Shown: positions 40,232 through 52,502 of the stretch, piece after piece
How the letters are laid out: each line of letters begins with the position of its first letter
How positions within the stretch are numbered: position 1 is the first letter of the stretch
Translations under genes and position numbers: made by a program
DNA from: Fonticula alba ATCC 38817
Lineage: Eukaryota > Protista > Nucleariida
Strand: one strand, 5' to 3'
Length of the DNA: 64,000 nt
NCBI GenBank assembly: GCA_000388065.2
Contig: KB932205.1
The notes under the pieces: generated by a model
Told to the model about the DNA's origin: nothing
Databases searched by the model: none
Seen by the model: only the letters and a program-made list of their open reading frames with translations

Positions 40232-42187
40232 GGTGGAAATGAGAAGGAAGTTCCGCAGATCTGAGGGGTATGGTTATGGGGTCAGTGGCCAGGCGCGTGC
40301 GCGAACATGAGCGGGGTGGGGGATGGAGGGGGGGGGGGAGGGAGTGCAGCGGTCAGGGGAGGACACTGTCGCCAGGGGGCTTTAGTGTGCACGCGCGCGC
40401 GTGCGCGTGCGCGTATATGTGTATATGTGTCTAGCCCACGCCGTCGTAGTCCAGGGACGTGAGACACACACACACACACACACACACACGCACGCACGCC
40501 GGTGGGTGTCTGGGGCAAACCCCGCGCGGGCGTCGGGCGGCGCGGGCCATCCACGTCAGATCTGGCGTCTCTGCCCTGTCGGCAAGGGGCGGAGGAAAGC
40601 AGAGGGGGCGCAGAATCACGGCCCGGCGGGTGGAGCGGCCGCGCGCGAAATGCCAGGGCGAGAGGGGCGGGGAGAGGGCGGATGTGTGCGAGATGAGGAG
40701 AGGCAGGAATGGGAAAGGGGGAGGAGGGGGGGGGGGAATGAACCTCGGGGAGGGGAGGCGGGAATCCGGTCTGCTTGGAGTCAGGGCCTCACCCGAGACA
40801 GGGGCGTGTGTTTTCTGTGGACGTGACGAACGGAGGGGGGGGGGGAGGCTACCGTGCGGGGAGGGCCACCCGGCCGGGCCCCGTCGGTTGTTGCCAAGCC
40901 CCTCTCGCACAACACCCGTTTACGCGGGGCGCGCACACGCCGTCGCTGGACTTGCAGCCCCCCCCCACCCTCTCCAGCACGGGTCCCAGCGCGCGCGCGC
41001 GCGCGCGCCGGCCTCGCAGGGTCAGAGACCAGCAGCGTGCGGGGCGTGCCTGTCCCTCTGACTGGTGGGCTGGGCGTCGTTCCCCTCGCGCTCGCGCTCG
41101 CGCTTGCGCCCGCCCTGTCCGTGTGCGCGCGTGCGCGGAGGATGCGCGCCTGCCTCCGCCGCCACCGGGCGCTGGGACGTGGATGGGGCCTCTTTTGGGG
41201 GCATCCGTGTGCAACAGCCCCGGCCCCGGGCAGCCCCTTCTCTCCCTGGCCGGGGACATTTAGAATTACACCAGAGGTAGACCCAAGCGTCATGACGGCC
41301 CGGACGGGCTCGGGAGCTGCGCGCCCTACGCGCCTCACCCGCTCCGCAAGAGGGCAGGTGTTGCCGCTGACATTCGGCGTGTGCGCGTACGCAGCCCTCC
41401 CCTCGCCCCGCCCCCCTCTCCCCCCCCCCATCTGTCCCCGCCCCCCGGTTCCCTTCCCCAGTCTGCCGACGGAGACACCGCCCCCGCTCGTAAGGCGAGG
41501 GGGCGGCGGCCGGGGCACACTGGGAGGTACATCGGCCAGTTCTTGTCGGCCGAGGGTATTCTCGCCGAGACCACAGAACACAACACCATTCCCCGGAAGA
41601 CATACGCACGCCCGGGACCTTCACATGATCCTTCATGGGTTGGTAGAAGCCCATATGCCACCGCTCCCGCCCCCGGCCTCTGGGCCGCCGGGCATTTTCT
41701 CTCGCCCTTGCCCCCCAGCCGGGGCCAGACAGAGGAACGCCGCCCCGGCCTCCGGGTCCCTGCAGGCAAGCATCTTGTTGTGGAAAAGCCCTCTTCCCCC
41801 CCCCCCCCCACCCCTGAGCGGCCTCGGAACTCGCCCGGCCCCTCCCACACAGGGGGCGCGGGTGTCAGGCACTCTGGCGACCGATGGCCAACTCGATCGG
41901 AGCCCGGGGTGGGGGAGGGGACTCTCTTTCTGTCTGTCTGTCTGTCTGTCTCTCCCCCCCCCCCTCCGAGGCTTGGCCACCCTCGCGATCTCACACTTGT
42001 CTGCTGGCGGGCCCCGTCCCCGCCTGGACCCCCGGCGCTCGGCCTCCTCCTCCTCCTGCCCCTCCCCATCGCCCTCTCATCTGCTGCCCCTTGCCCCCCG
42101 TATCTCTCCTCCTCCACGCGCGCCCCTCCCCCCTCGTCCCGCCACCGCCTCTTGTTTTCCGCTTCTGCCCCCTCCCCCCCGCCTGCC

Positions 42188-42924
42188 ATGTCGGCTGCGA
42201 CACACCAGGCCGGCGGTCCCGCCCTGCAGGACCCGGCCGAGCTGTTGCGCTTCGCACGAAAGTCCGTTGCCTGCCTGACGCCGCCAACAGCAGCGGCGGC
42301 GGCCGCCGCCTTCGGATCGGCGGCTGCCACGCCCAACTTATCGGCCGAGGGAGCCAGCACCCACAGCCTGAGTTTGACGCTCTCCGGGGTGGCTGTTCTC
42401 CGTTTGTCCATGGGCCAAGTGCTCGCGGTGCGAGCGTCCCCCCTTCGCCTCTCGGCCTCCCCTTGCCCGCTGTGAGTGGGCCGCTTGGACCCGCGCGCCT
42501 GACCTGCTCTTCTCTGTTCCCTCCCCTCCCTTTCCCGGATCCCCCCTCCCAGTGTGATGGGGAGCTCGCTGACGTCAACCTCCTCCAGGCGGTGGTGCCC
42601 CACCTTCTGGCCCTGGCGCGGGATGTGTCTTGCGCGCTTGACCGTGCGCCGGGCAACCCGGCCGACGCTCTTACACCCCCCTCGCCCGGTGGTGGTGGTG
42701 GTGGTGGCGGTGCTGCAGTGGCCCCTCCCACCAGCGACGGTTTCCGCGGCTTTTCCGGTACCAGCTCCTCCCGCGTGTCCCCATCCCTCGCCCCGTCTCA
42801 CAGGTCATTGACCATAAGTCCCCTCATCTGGACAGTCACATTCGGCCCATCACGCATCGCGGTCTCGCCACTGGACCCATCACAACCGGATACCGTGGCA
42901 GTGGCGCTCTTCAGGAAGGTGTAG
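42188..42924 (+). CDS. Small 2-exon gene (~203 aa), possible roadblock-fold LAMTOR4-like Ragulator subunit
   Basis: Exons 42188-42427 (donor GTGCGA) and 42553-42924 join in phase 0. The junction gives GVAVLRLSMGQVLACDGELAD, which resembles LAMTOR4 GYLVL-SEGAVLASSGDLEN. Product call is tentative. Confidence 0.5.
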
Positions 42925-43207
42925 CCAGGCGTATGCGTGCCTCTCTCTTTCTCGTCTGCTGGCCTTTCCCCAGTCTGCGCCCTTCTTCCTCTCCTCCCTC
43001 TTTTCTCTTCAAGTTCATAATAAAGATAAGTTTTTCTTTTCAACAAAGCTCCCGGCGGCCCTGCTTTTTTCTCTTGGCCTCCCCTTCCCCCCCCACATCT
43101 CTCTACCCTCCTCCGGGGCAAACACACACCAGCCCATAAATGTCATTCACATGTATTTGCCTCCCATGCGAGACGAGCTTCCCGACGTGGGGGCGTCACC
43201 GTGCGGC

Positions 43208-44762
43208 CTACGGCTGTCCCGCCGGGCCCGGCCGCGCGGAGTCCCCCCCCTGGGGATCGTGCTGCTGCGGGGGCATCGCTGGGGGCGAGCCACCATGCGG
43301 CATGTGCGGCGGCATATGGTGGGGACCCGGCGCCGGTGGCGACATGTGGTGCGGGGGCGACATGAAGTTGACCGGCGGCCCAAGAGGCAGGGCCAGAGGC
43401 GGCATCATGGGCATGCCATGCATGCCGAGCATGGGATGCTGCATTGGCGCGCCCATCGGCGGCAGTCCCTGGTGCGACGCGAGGTAATGAGGGTGCTGCA
43501 TGGGAAGCTGCATGTAGGGCATTTGCGGCGGCGGCGGCTGCTGCGGCTGCTGCTGCTGCTGCTGCTGCGACTGCGGCTGCTTCACCGGGGGCCCCTGATG
43601 CCGAGGCTGCTTGGAGGGGGGAGCACCACGGGGACCACGGGAGCCCCCGCGGCCTGTGGCGGCATCCGGCCGGCCGGCATCCGAGGTAGGCTTGCGCTTG
43701 CGGGCCTGGCGCGCGGCCTGCTCCTCTTCATCATCGGAGAAGGCCGCTTGCGAGGGGTCGATCTCCTCATCGTGGATGTTGGAGGCGTCGGAGCCACGCT
43801 CCAGGCGCGAGGTCATCATCTCATGCAGCCGCTCGGCCGAGATGGTGTTGCAGTCCGGCGTTTGGGCCAGACGCACCTCGGCATTGACGTCCAGCAGCGG
43901 CCGGTGGTGCTCGACCGCCTGACGCAGCTGGGCATCCGTGCCAAAGCGCAGCAGATAGAATGGCCGGAAGACCGGGCCCATGGTCTCGAACACGGAGCCC
44001 AGGCTGATGTCCGGACCGCCGTCCGCCGGGCGCACGCACAAAATCGACCCGTCGGCCACGATGGGAGGGCCGCCGGCCGTGGTGTCCTGCGCGGCCTGCA
44101 CCACCAGCATGCCATCTGGCGCGTGGCTGAACACCTTGCCCAGCGGGATGGAGCTCACACCCTCCGGCAGAGGAGACAGCAGCTGGTCCTTGTCCAGGGG
44201 AAGGGTCTGAATTGGTCGGTGTTTCCGCCCCATCCCCGGGCCAGGGCACATTGGAGGTCAGTGGAATGCCCCAGAAATGCCGAGTGCGACCCGACAGGGC
44301 ATGCCCGGGAGTGGGCCAAAGTAAATGGCGACAACAGGGGGCAGGGTGGTCAGGTACGGACCCGGACGTCCAGCTCGTTGCGCGTGGCCACGCGGTGCCC
44401 AATGGCAGCCGAGCCACCGCCAATCTCGTCATCCTCCTCGGCGCCACTGTCAAAGGCATACTCCAGCTCAAGGTCCGACCCGGAGTCGGAGCTGGAGTCA
44501 GAGCTGGCCCCGACATCGGAGTCGCTGCCCAGGCCGCTGTTTGCCCATGCCAGAGTGTTAAAGGGGCAGTTCCTCAAAAGAAGCAAGAAGTGGAATATGT
44601 CCAGTGCTAGCAACGGCAGCAGCAGCAGCAGAAATCAAGACGCAGGGGAATGGAGAGAATGGCAGACGCACGCATCGGCGACCGGCATTCGCATAAAAGT
44701 GCTGGTCGAGCCTCCAGGCGGGGCAGGCTCGGACAAGGCAGGGGGCGCCGGCGAGGTGTCAT

Positions 44763-44797
<35 letters not shown>

Positions 44798-45303
44798 ACA
44801 GACTCAGAGGGAGCCGGAGCCGGAGCCTCGACCGTGGCTGGCTCCCCGGTGCCCGAGATGAGGGAATTCGCGGCTGTCGACGTCTCGTGCTGGGCAATCA
44901 CCGGGGACGCAGTCTCCTCCTCGGCATTCCCAGCTGCAGTGAGGTCAGCATTTGGCTCGGGAGCAGATTCAGTGGCAGGCTCGGGAGCGGTTCCAGGCAC
45001 AGACTGGGAGAGCAGCTCAGAGGTTGGCTCAGCAGTGGGCTCGACGGCAGTCTCGGCAACAGGCTCGACGGCAGGCTCGACGGCAGGCTCGACGGCAGGC
45101 TCGACGGCAGGCTCGACGGCAGGCTCGACAGTATGTTCGGCAACCGGCTCAGCAACCGGCTCAGCAACCGGCTCAGCAACCGGCTCGGCAGCCGACGCAG
45201 CGGAGTCCCCTGTAGGATTACCAGCAGAGACACTCAAAGCGGCAGCATGAGCAGAGTCCGCCTGGTCGCTGGAAGGTGACATTTGGAGATTTATGTTGGT
45301 CAT
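43208..45303 (-). CDS. NAF1: H/ACA snoRNP assembly factor Naf1; 3 exons, ~600 aa
   Basis: Exons ~45303-44672, ~44536-44362, 44206-43208. Gar1/Naf1 domain DGSILC...LGSVFETMGPVFRPFYLLRF, Naf1 motif RGSDASNIHDEE...FSDDEEE, S/D-rich patch and Pro/Met/Gln-rich C-terminus. Confidence 0.88.
45031..45188 (-). repeat. 12-bp coding tandem repeats (AGGCTCGACGGC x~5-6; AACCGGCTCAGC x3) encoding (EPAV)n/(EPVA)n in the NAF1 N-terminus
   Basis: Repeat units directly visible. Confidence 0.9.
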
Positions 45304-46624
45304 AATCTTGCGCCACGAGGAAAAAGAGAGGCAGGGCCGAGGGGGGGGGGGAGGAGAAGGAGAAACAGGAAGAGAAGAGAGATCGGGGGGTGCGCCTCCC
45401 CGGGCCTGAGGGGCCAAGTGCACAATCTCTCTGCCCCTTAAAGCCCGAGCAGCCTGTGTGGGCTCATGCGCTCAGGGCTTCTCCGATCAGGCGCACGGCG
45501 GACCACGGCCGGGCCTGGAGCCGGAGAGGCGGCAGGCGAGCCTGGCTCCGGTCGTGTGTGGCTTTCTGCGTGCATACAGGGCAGGGACAGGGAATCTGCG
45601 CCTCGTGTCACCCCCGCCAGCCGGCGATCTCACCCGTGGTCGCCGTAGATCGGCCCAGGCAAGCCACCAGCACGACCAGAGAGCCCCGGCCGCGTGTGTT
45701 TCCTCCTTCCGGCTGGGAGCCAGCGCGTCCGGTCCGAATGCCAACCCACGGGGATGTCACGAGCACATTCCAGAGGGCACGGGATCGGTGTCACATTTAT
45801 CCCGGGTGAGGTGCCCCTCGCCAATCGCGGGGCAAACATTGTCGTCCTCTCGTCGGCGTGTGGGTATCTCTCACCTCTTGCCCCTCCCCCCCCCCCCCCA
45901 TCCACACTCTCAGGGGCAATTGTTTGTGCCGTCTAGTCTCGGGGGCTGGGGTGGCAATCCCGGGCGGCGAGTGCGCGCGCGCGCGCCGCGACCACCAGTG
46001 CTGTACTGCCGGACGTTTGGTCCTCCTTCCCCGTCTAGACACCAGCGCCGATCCTCGGACCCCCCGCGTCGGGGCTTACGTGCCAGTGGTCGAGACGGGC
46101 CACACTCGGGCCCCGGCGGGTATTTCCCGTCCCGTTGGCTCGGGGAGTCAGACCTGGTGCGCGAGGACGCGCACACTTTTTCGATTCGCACATTCTGGGA
46201 TGTTCCAAGCGGTAGATGTGAACATCATCGTCGGCGGGGGCCGATCAACTACCACATCGTGTGGCGTTGCCCCTGTTGCCTGGGACGACCGCGGTCGGGG
46301 GGGGGGGGGGGGTGACGTTTCTCTTGGTGGCCCCGCGGCCCGTGGTCCCATTCGCGGCCAGATGCCTCGCCCCCTCTCTCCGAAAGGCAAAGGCACACCA
46401 GGGGGGCCCCATCCCTTGCTGACCTCATCGCCGCCGGCCGGATCTTGCCCCGGGGCAATGGGCCCGGTGTCCGGGCGTGCTACTTGAAGGACCGCACCGC
46501 TGGCGTGCCGATTCCCAGGCCGAGCCAGATCCCCCCCTCCATCATTTCACCCCGACCCATCTTCCTTGCTGTTCCCTCTGCCCATCTCTTTCCCTCCCTC
46601 CCCTCCCACCAGGCCCAACACACC

Positions 46625-49600
46625 ATGTCCAACGGTTCGTCACGACCCGCGCCCCCCCGAAAGCAATGCCGCTTCCCCGCCTCTTACCCCTTCCCCCCTG
46701 CCGTCCCCCTCTCGCCCGTGGCCGGCACACAGACCAGACCCCCGCGGAGAAGCGCGCCGCCGAGCGCCTCGAGCGCCACAAGGAGATGACCTCCAAGTCT
46801 GAGGCGCTGGTGGCCCTGCTGAAGCAGGGCGCCGAATCGGCGGCTGCCCTTCGCGCCGTGACTCAGGCCATCCAGGCGTTTGACCTGAAGACCGAGTTTG
46901 ATCGGCAGACGGCCGTCGACAACCACATCCTGGAGCCGCTGCTCGGGCAGATCGCGGCCGGCGCCGCGGCCCTGAAGGCCGCCGTCAGCGAGGCCGCCTC
47001 GAAGACGCCCCTCGAGGCCCAGGAGGCCGTCGATCCGGCCACCGTGGCCGATGGGGCCGACATCTCCGCGATCCTGCTCGCTGGGTATCTGGACGTGCTG
47101 CTGGGCTTCCTGTCCGATCTCCTGCGCTCCGGTGCGTCCAAGGTGACACGCGCATGCACATGCACGCGGCCCCACATGTGTGCTAACTCGCTGGATCCCG
47201 GTGCGCCCCCCCCNNNNNNNNNNNNNNNNNNNNNNNNNNNNNNNNNNNNNNNCCCTGCGCGCGCGCGGGCCACCACACCCACCAAACGCAGAGTTCACCC
47301 GTAAGACCATCACCCCGATGGCGCCGCGCCTGCTCGACGCGATTGCCGTGCTGGTGGCCATCCCGGTGGACTTCGAGTCTCTCTCGGCCTGGGGTCAGGC
47401 CCTGATCAAGCTCTGCGTCCGGTCCATGAACACCGTTTCCAACCTCTGCTACGAGCATGGTGCGCACCCCGCCGGGGTCCTGGGCCTCTGTCACATCTGC
47501 TCGGTCCTCTGCTGGCCCGGTTCCGCCGCCCCGCCCCGCCCCGCCCCCGCCCCCGCCCCCGCCCCCGCCCCCCCTCCCCCCCTTCTCACACCGCTCCCCC
47601 TCTCCCATGTGTCGTCGCTGGCCCCCACAGACGACCACGGTGCCCTGGTGTCCGAGGTGCCCGGCTTCCTGGAGCGCCTGTACAAGATTCTGGCCCTGTC
47701 GCCGGGGTACTTCGGCCAGCATCAGACCCTGCGCGCGCCGCTGCTCGGTGGGGCCTGCTCGGTCCTGGCCAACATGCTCTTTGCCGATGAGGCGCTGCAG
47801 GCGCGTCTGGTCGGCCAGGCCGGGGCCGCCCCCCTGTCGGCGGACCTGCCGACCAACATCTTCCCTCTGCTGCTGGAGCACCTCCGCCATGCGACCAGCA
47901 CCTCGTTGAATGCCATCAGCACGGTCATCCAGAATCTGCTGGAGACCGATGAGGGGGCGGCCGCCTTCCTGGAAGCCGGCGGCCTGGAGGCCGCCATCGA
48001 CATGGCCACCGGGTCGCTGGACCGGGCCAAGGCCGCCACCGAGGCCGACCAGCGTGCCGAGCTGCTGAGCATGGCCGAGCTGGCCTTCGGCTCGCTGGCG
48101 GCCCTGGTGTCGGATGAGCGCTTCCACCGGCCGGTGTACCAGCGCGGCCTGGTTGACCGCATGGTCCGGGTCATCGAGGACCCGGAGCTGGAGCATGTCA
48201 TCATCAAGCGCAGCATCGCCAAGACCGTGGCCATCATCCTGTCCAACGACGAGAACATGCGGTCCATGTTCGAGGAGCGCAGCCTCGACCGGTTCTCCCG
48301 GTGGATCGAGGGCAGCACCGACATCGAGGTCAAGGCGTATGCCACCTTCTGTGTGTCGAATCTGGCGCGGAGTGGTATGTGCACGCGAGCATGCCTGTGT
48401 TTGTTGGTTTATTTGTCTGCTTCTCTCTCTCTGTCTCTGTTTCCCTTCCTTGGTCTCCCTTTCTTCCTCTCTCTCTCTCCCTCCCTCCCTCCCTCTCTCT
48501 CTCTCTCTCTCCCTCCCTCCCTCCTCTCTCCATCTCTCTCCCTCCCTCCACTCAATCAACTCCGTGCATTAACCTCGCCATCTCGCCCACGTGGGAAAAT
48601 GTATACACCCTCGCAGATGACTACGCCTCGGCCGTCATGGCGCACGATGGCCTGATTCGCACGGTGTTCAGCTTCCTGCGCGCCGATCTGGCCCTCGATG
48701 CCAGTGGCAACTACAACACCCTGCCCGGGGTGGCGGAGCTGGCCGAGGCGGCCCGGCGCCAGGCCGAGGCCCGGCAGTCCGAGGACCCGGAGCTGGCCGA
48801 GGCTGAGGCCAACCTGACTGCCACGCGTCTGGTCTCGGCAGCGCTCAGCATCTTCCGCAACATCGTCCTCCTGCCGGAGAACAAGGCCAAGCTCCGCCGC
48901 TGCCTGCGTCCGGAGTCGGGCACCGCCGCTGCCGAGGCCCCGACGACCGACTGTGGGGATCTCCTGCGAGAGCTCCTTCGGCTGGTGGTGCACTCCCAGT
49001 CGACGGTGAGCTTTGTGTCGGTCATCATCTTGAAGAACATGCTGGTGGGCAATGGTATGCGGTTTTCCACCCCCCCCCCCCTCTCTCTCTCTCCCCTTGC
49101 CCTCCCCCCTCTTTCCCTCGTCCCACACACCATGAGCCTCACGAAGCTTTCTCTAACATCCCCCTCTTCTCCGAGCGCAGAGGAGAATGGCCTTTGGTTC
49201 GTCGGCAAAACCGAGAACGCCGACGGCGTCCGGGCTGATGTCGATGCCATTGCTCTGCTGCAGCGCCTGCGCGAGAGCAAGCACGACGGCATCCGCACCG
49301 AGGCCGCCCGTATCCTGGTGGTCCTCAGCCGCCTGGGCAACCCCGACATCGCGGAGTACATCTTCGGCCCGGCCACCGACACCACCGACATCAACCCACC
49401 CACCTACGGGTACCCCCTGTTTGCGGAGATCGCCAGCTCGCCGCACAGCATCATCCGCTCCGAGGCGCTGGAGGTGATTGAGATGATCAACAAGTCCGGT
49501 GGTGCGTCCCGGCCCTGTCTTTCGGCCCTGTCTTTCGCCCCCCCCCCCCCCCCCCNNNNNNNNNNNNNNNNNNNNCCCCCCCCCCCCCCCCACTCGCTCC

Positions 49601-50003
49601 ACATGCATACCCCCCGCGCTTCCTGCGCCTCCTTCGCACCTTTTTTCCTTCGTGTGGCATTCTTTCCCACTGACTGACCGTTTTCCCTGTTGCCGCCCTC
49701 CGGCTCGCGGCCCCTCACATCTCGCACCCCCCCCCACTTATAGTTGTCGCTCATGCGGCCCGCATGCGTGACACCCTGCTGGCCACCGAGCCGCAGGCGG
49801 CCTCCTCCGCCTCGGCCCACATCCTCCAGTCGTCCCTCCCCCAGGTGGATCCCAGTGACGGGAAGGGCTGCGTCGGCTTGCTGTCCAAGTCCTCACTGCT
49901 GCATCTGGTGCCTGGCACGGCCGGCCCCACTGGCGGGGCCTTCACCGAGACCCCGGGCGCCCCGATTGTTGATGCCATGCTGAAGCTGGCCGCCGGCAAG
50001 TAG
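46625..50003 (+). CDS. RAP1GDS1: Armadillo-repeat protein, SmgGDS/RAP1GDS1-like small-GTPase GEF/chaperone; 7 exons, 779 aa
   Basis: Exons 46625-46634, 46733-47131, 47292-47459, 47631-48374, 48617-49054, 49181-49501, 49744-50003 (2340 nt). ARM-like helical repeats. CVSNLARSDD, ALSIFRNIVLLPENKAKL, SKHDGIRTEAARILVVL and SPHSIIRSEAL parallel the SmgGDS C-terminal repeats as I recall them (GNFARND; ALSALRNLAIPVINKAKM; GVMGESNRLL; SEHVIMQNEAL). Confidence 0.7.
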
Positions 50004-52502
50004 GCCTCTGTGAAAGGGGGAAAAAAAAAAGAAAAGAAGAAAACCGCCACCACACCCCCTGCCTGGGGCAATCCGCACACAAGGCAGCATGCAGCGCGTG
50101 TGGCCACGCATGTGCATCCCCCTGCGCTCCCTCCGCCGCATCCATCCCCCCTTTCTGCCTCGTTCCCTGGACTTGGCCCTTGTGGCATTCCGCCTCTTTC
50201 CGTTGCTCCCCCCCCTCCTCAGGGAAGACATCCACAAGGGGCGACAGCGGCGGGAGAGCGCCGCGACGCTGTCCTCGCGAAGCCACTTCCTTGTGGCCCT
50301 CCCCCCCCCCCCTTCCTCCTCCCTTGATCTTTTCGTAAATACAAAGCCAATACAATATCAACATTCTCCCCCCTCTCCTGCTTGCCCCGCTGACGGGCGA
50401 CGGTGGCCTGTTTCCTTGGTTTCCCTTTGTCCCAACACCCGCCCAACTTCCAATCCCACCCTCTGTGGCCGTCAGCACACATCCCCAGGTAAATAGGCCG
50501 CTGTCGCCTGCCCTCCCCGCCCACACCTCGACAAGCCGCCGAGGGATGGCTCGCCTGTGTTTGTGGCGGCGTGCTGGAAGCCAGCCGGCTGACCAGAGGG
50601 GGGCTCGGGCCCGCCGTCCACCGTCCGCATTCCGCATTCCCAGTCGCGTTCATGTGCCCACGCATGTGTCACATGTTAATCCGATGGATTAATCTTATCG
50701 GTTACACTGGTCTCAGAGTTGTGGGTCACACCTGCGCGCTTCGGTGGTTGGCGAGTGCCTGCCGGGTGAGTTGGTGGGGGCGCCATCCTGCCCCACAATC
50801 CCCCCACCAACCGGCGGGCTGTGCATGGCCAGCCGGGAACCCGGCCGGGAAGATGGCCAGCATGGTCCAGGTCACTGCCCGGGCCAGAGAGTATGCCGTT
50901 GAACAGCGGACGCCGACCTCCGAACGGACATGGGAAAAAGTCTCACTGCACTCGGGCCAGCACAGGCTCACCCGGGTCCGGGGCTTACATCATACATGGC
51001 TGCCGATTGCCCTGGCCATGCGCCGGCATGCAGCTCAAGTGTGCGGAGATTGTGATAGGGCAAGGGCACTCCGACGCCATGCGGGATCTGGCGGTCACAC
51101 CGGAGCCAAGTGCGCGCCATGGTCACCCGCCCTCGCCTCTGGAAGGAGGACGGGCTGGCGAATGGGGCGTAGGCCGGCACCTCCGCGGCCAGCCGATGTG
51201 TAGCACGGCATGTTACTGACTCCCCTCCCCCCCCCCTCTAACGAGCGACGCGCTCTGTATGGGGCCCTTCTCAGGCAGGACTCCCGCAAGCGGGGCTCAG
51301 AAGAGCAAGGGGGCGTCCGGAAACGGAGCACGTGGGCCCGTCAGAGATTTGCTCGCTGAGCTTGGGTGCGCCCCGGCACCGGGCACAAGATCCTGCACAC
51401 TCCCCCTCCGCCGTCCCCAAGGGGCCGGGGGAGGGTGGGGACCGGGACCGGAGGCCAAGGGGGGCCAGTGTTCGGGGTGCTCCCAAGCGCCTTTCTTGTG
51501 TCACCCGGTCTGTGGGGCGATTTCCGCCAGGTTGTGACGTGGCCAGAGGGGTGGGCTACTGATGCAAAAAAGCACGGCTCCATAAGGGCCGCGAACTCCG
51601 AGGGGAGCCCCCCTCCGGCCGCCCGGCATCTGAAAACGCGCGACAGGCAGGAAAGAACCAGGCGCGCGGGAGGCGCTGTGCATTTGGGCTGCCGTTCGAG
51701 ATGAGAGGAGGGTGCCTAGGGACAGGGCGAGGGGGGCGGACGGATGGACCTAGGTGCACCCCTTCCACTAGCCTCAAGACTAGTGTATGTATGTATGTGT
51801 GTGTTTGTGTGTTTGTGTGTGTGTGTGTGAATGAGTGAATGCGCATGTGCATGTACGCGAGCATGTGCATGTCCGTATGTATGTAGCTAGGGAGGAGGGG
51901 TGCCGTCTATTTGAGGCAGTGCCATGCGCGGACCCCTTTCAAACGGATAAACAAATACGCCCCTCATCTTTTCAAGCCACTGCCCATCTCAGCCCGCGCT
52001 CTCCCCAGACACAGTCACACGCACACGCGCCCCTGCTCATACGCGAAGCTCTGTGTCCCTACTTGCTGTCCCTGCCAGCCGCGTCCCCTCGCCCGCGCAG
52101 TGTAAGAACGCACACGCAGGAACCGCCCCCTCGCGCTCGCTCGCCCCCTTCCGTCTTGCCGCTCCACCGCCGAGCAGCCAAGAGCGCATTGCCTGATTCG
52201 TCGGCACTCGCGTCCAGTCAGTGTATAATTCCCCTCGGTACGCCAGCGCCACCTGCCTGCTCGGTGTGTGTCCCGGGTGCAAGGGTGACAGAGCCCGAAA
52301 AGCGTGTCACTGGGCCTTGGGCATGCCGGCCACCATGATGCTTGCTTCTTGTGACTTCACTCGCGCACGGTGTTTGCTGACCACCTCTCCCTGCCCGGAT
52401 TCTGCATCCGCGTTCCCCCCCCCCCCCCTCATCGCCCGGTCGACCACTCAGCCACACCCAGCAACGAGCCCCAGCTGCTGTCCCCTGGTGTGCACAGGAA
52501 AA

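Noticed and set aside
40989-41008. (CG)n tracts here and at ~34280 and ~63595 as Z-DNA elements
   Set aside because: Alternating purine-pyrimidine tracts are ubiquitous in this sequence, with no specific positional pattern.
45061-45188. Direct repeats as a possible CRISPR array
   Set aside because: Units are 12 bp, contiguous with no unique spacers, and in frame within NAF1.
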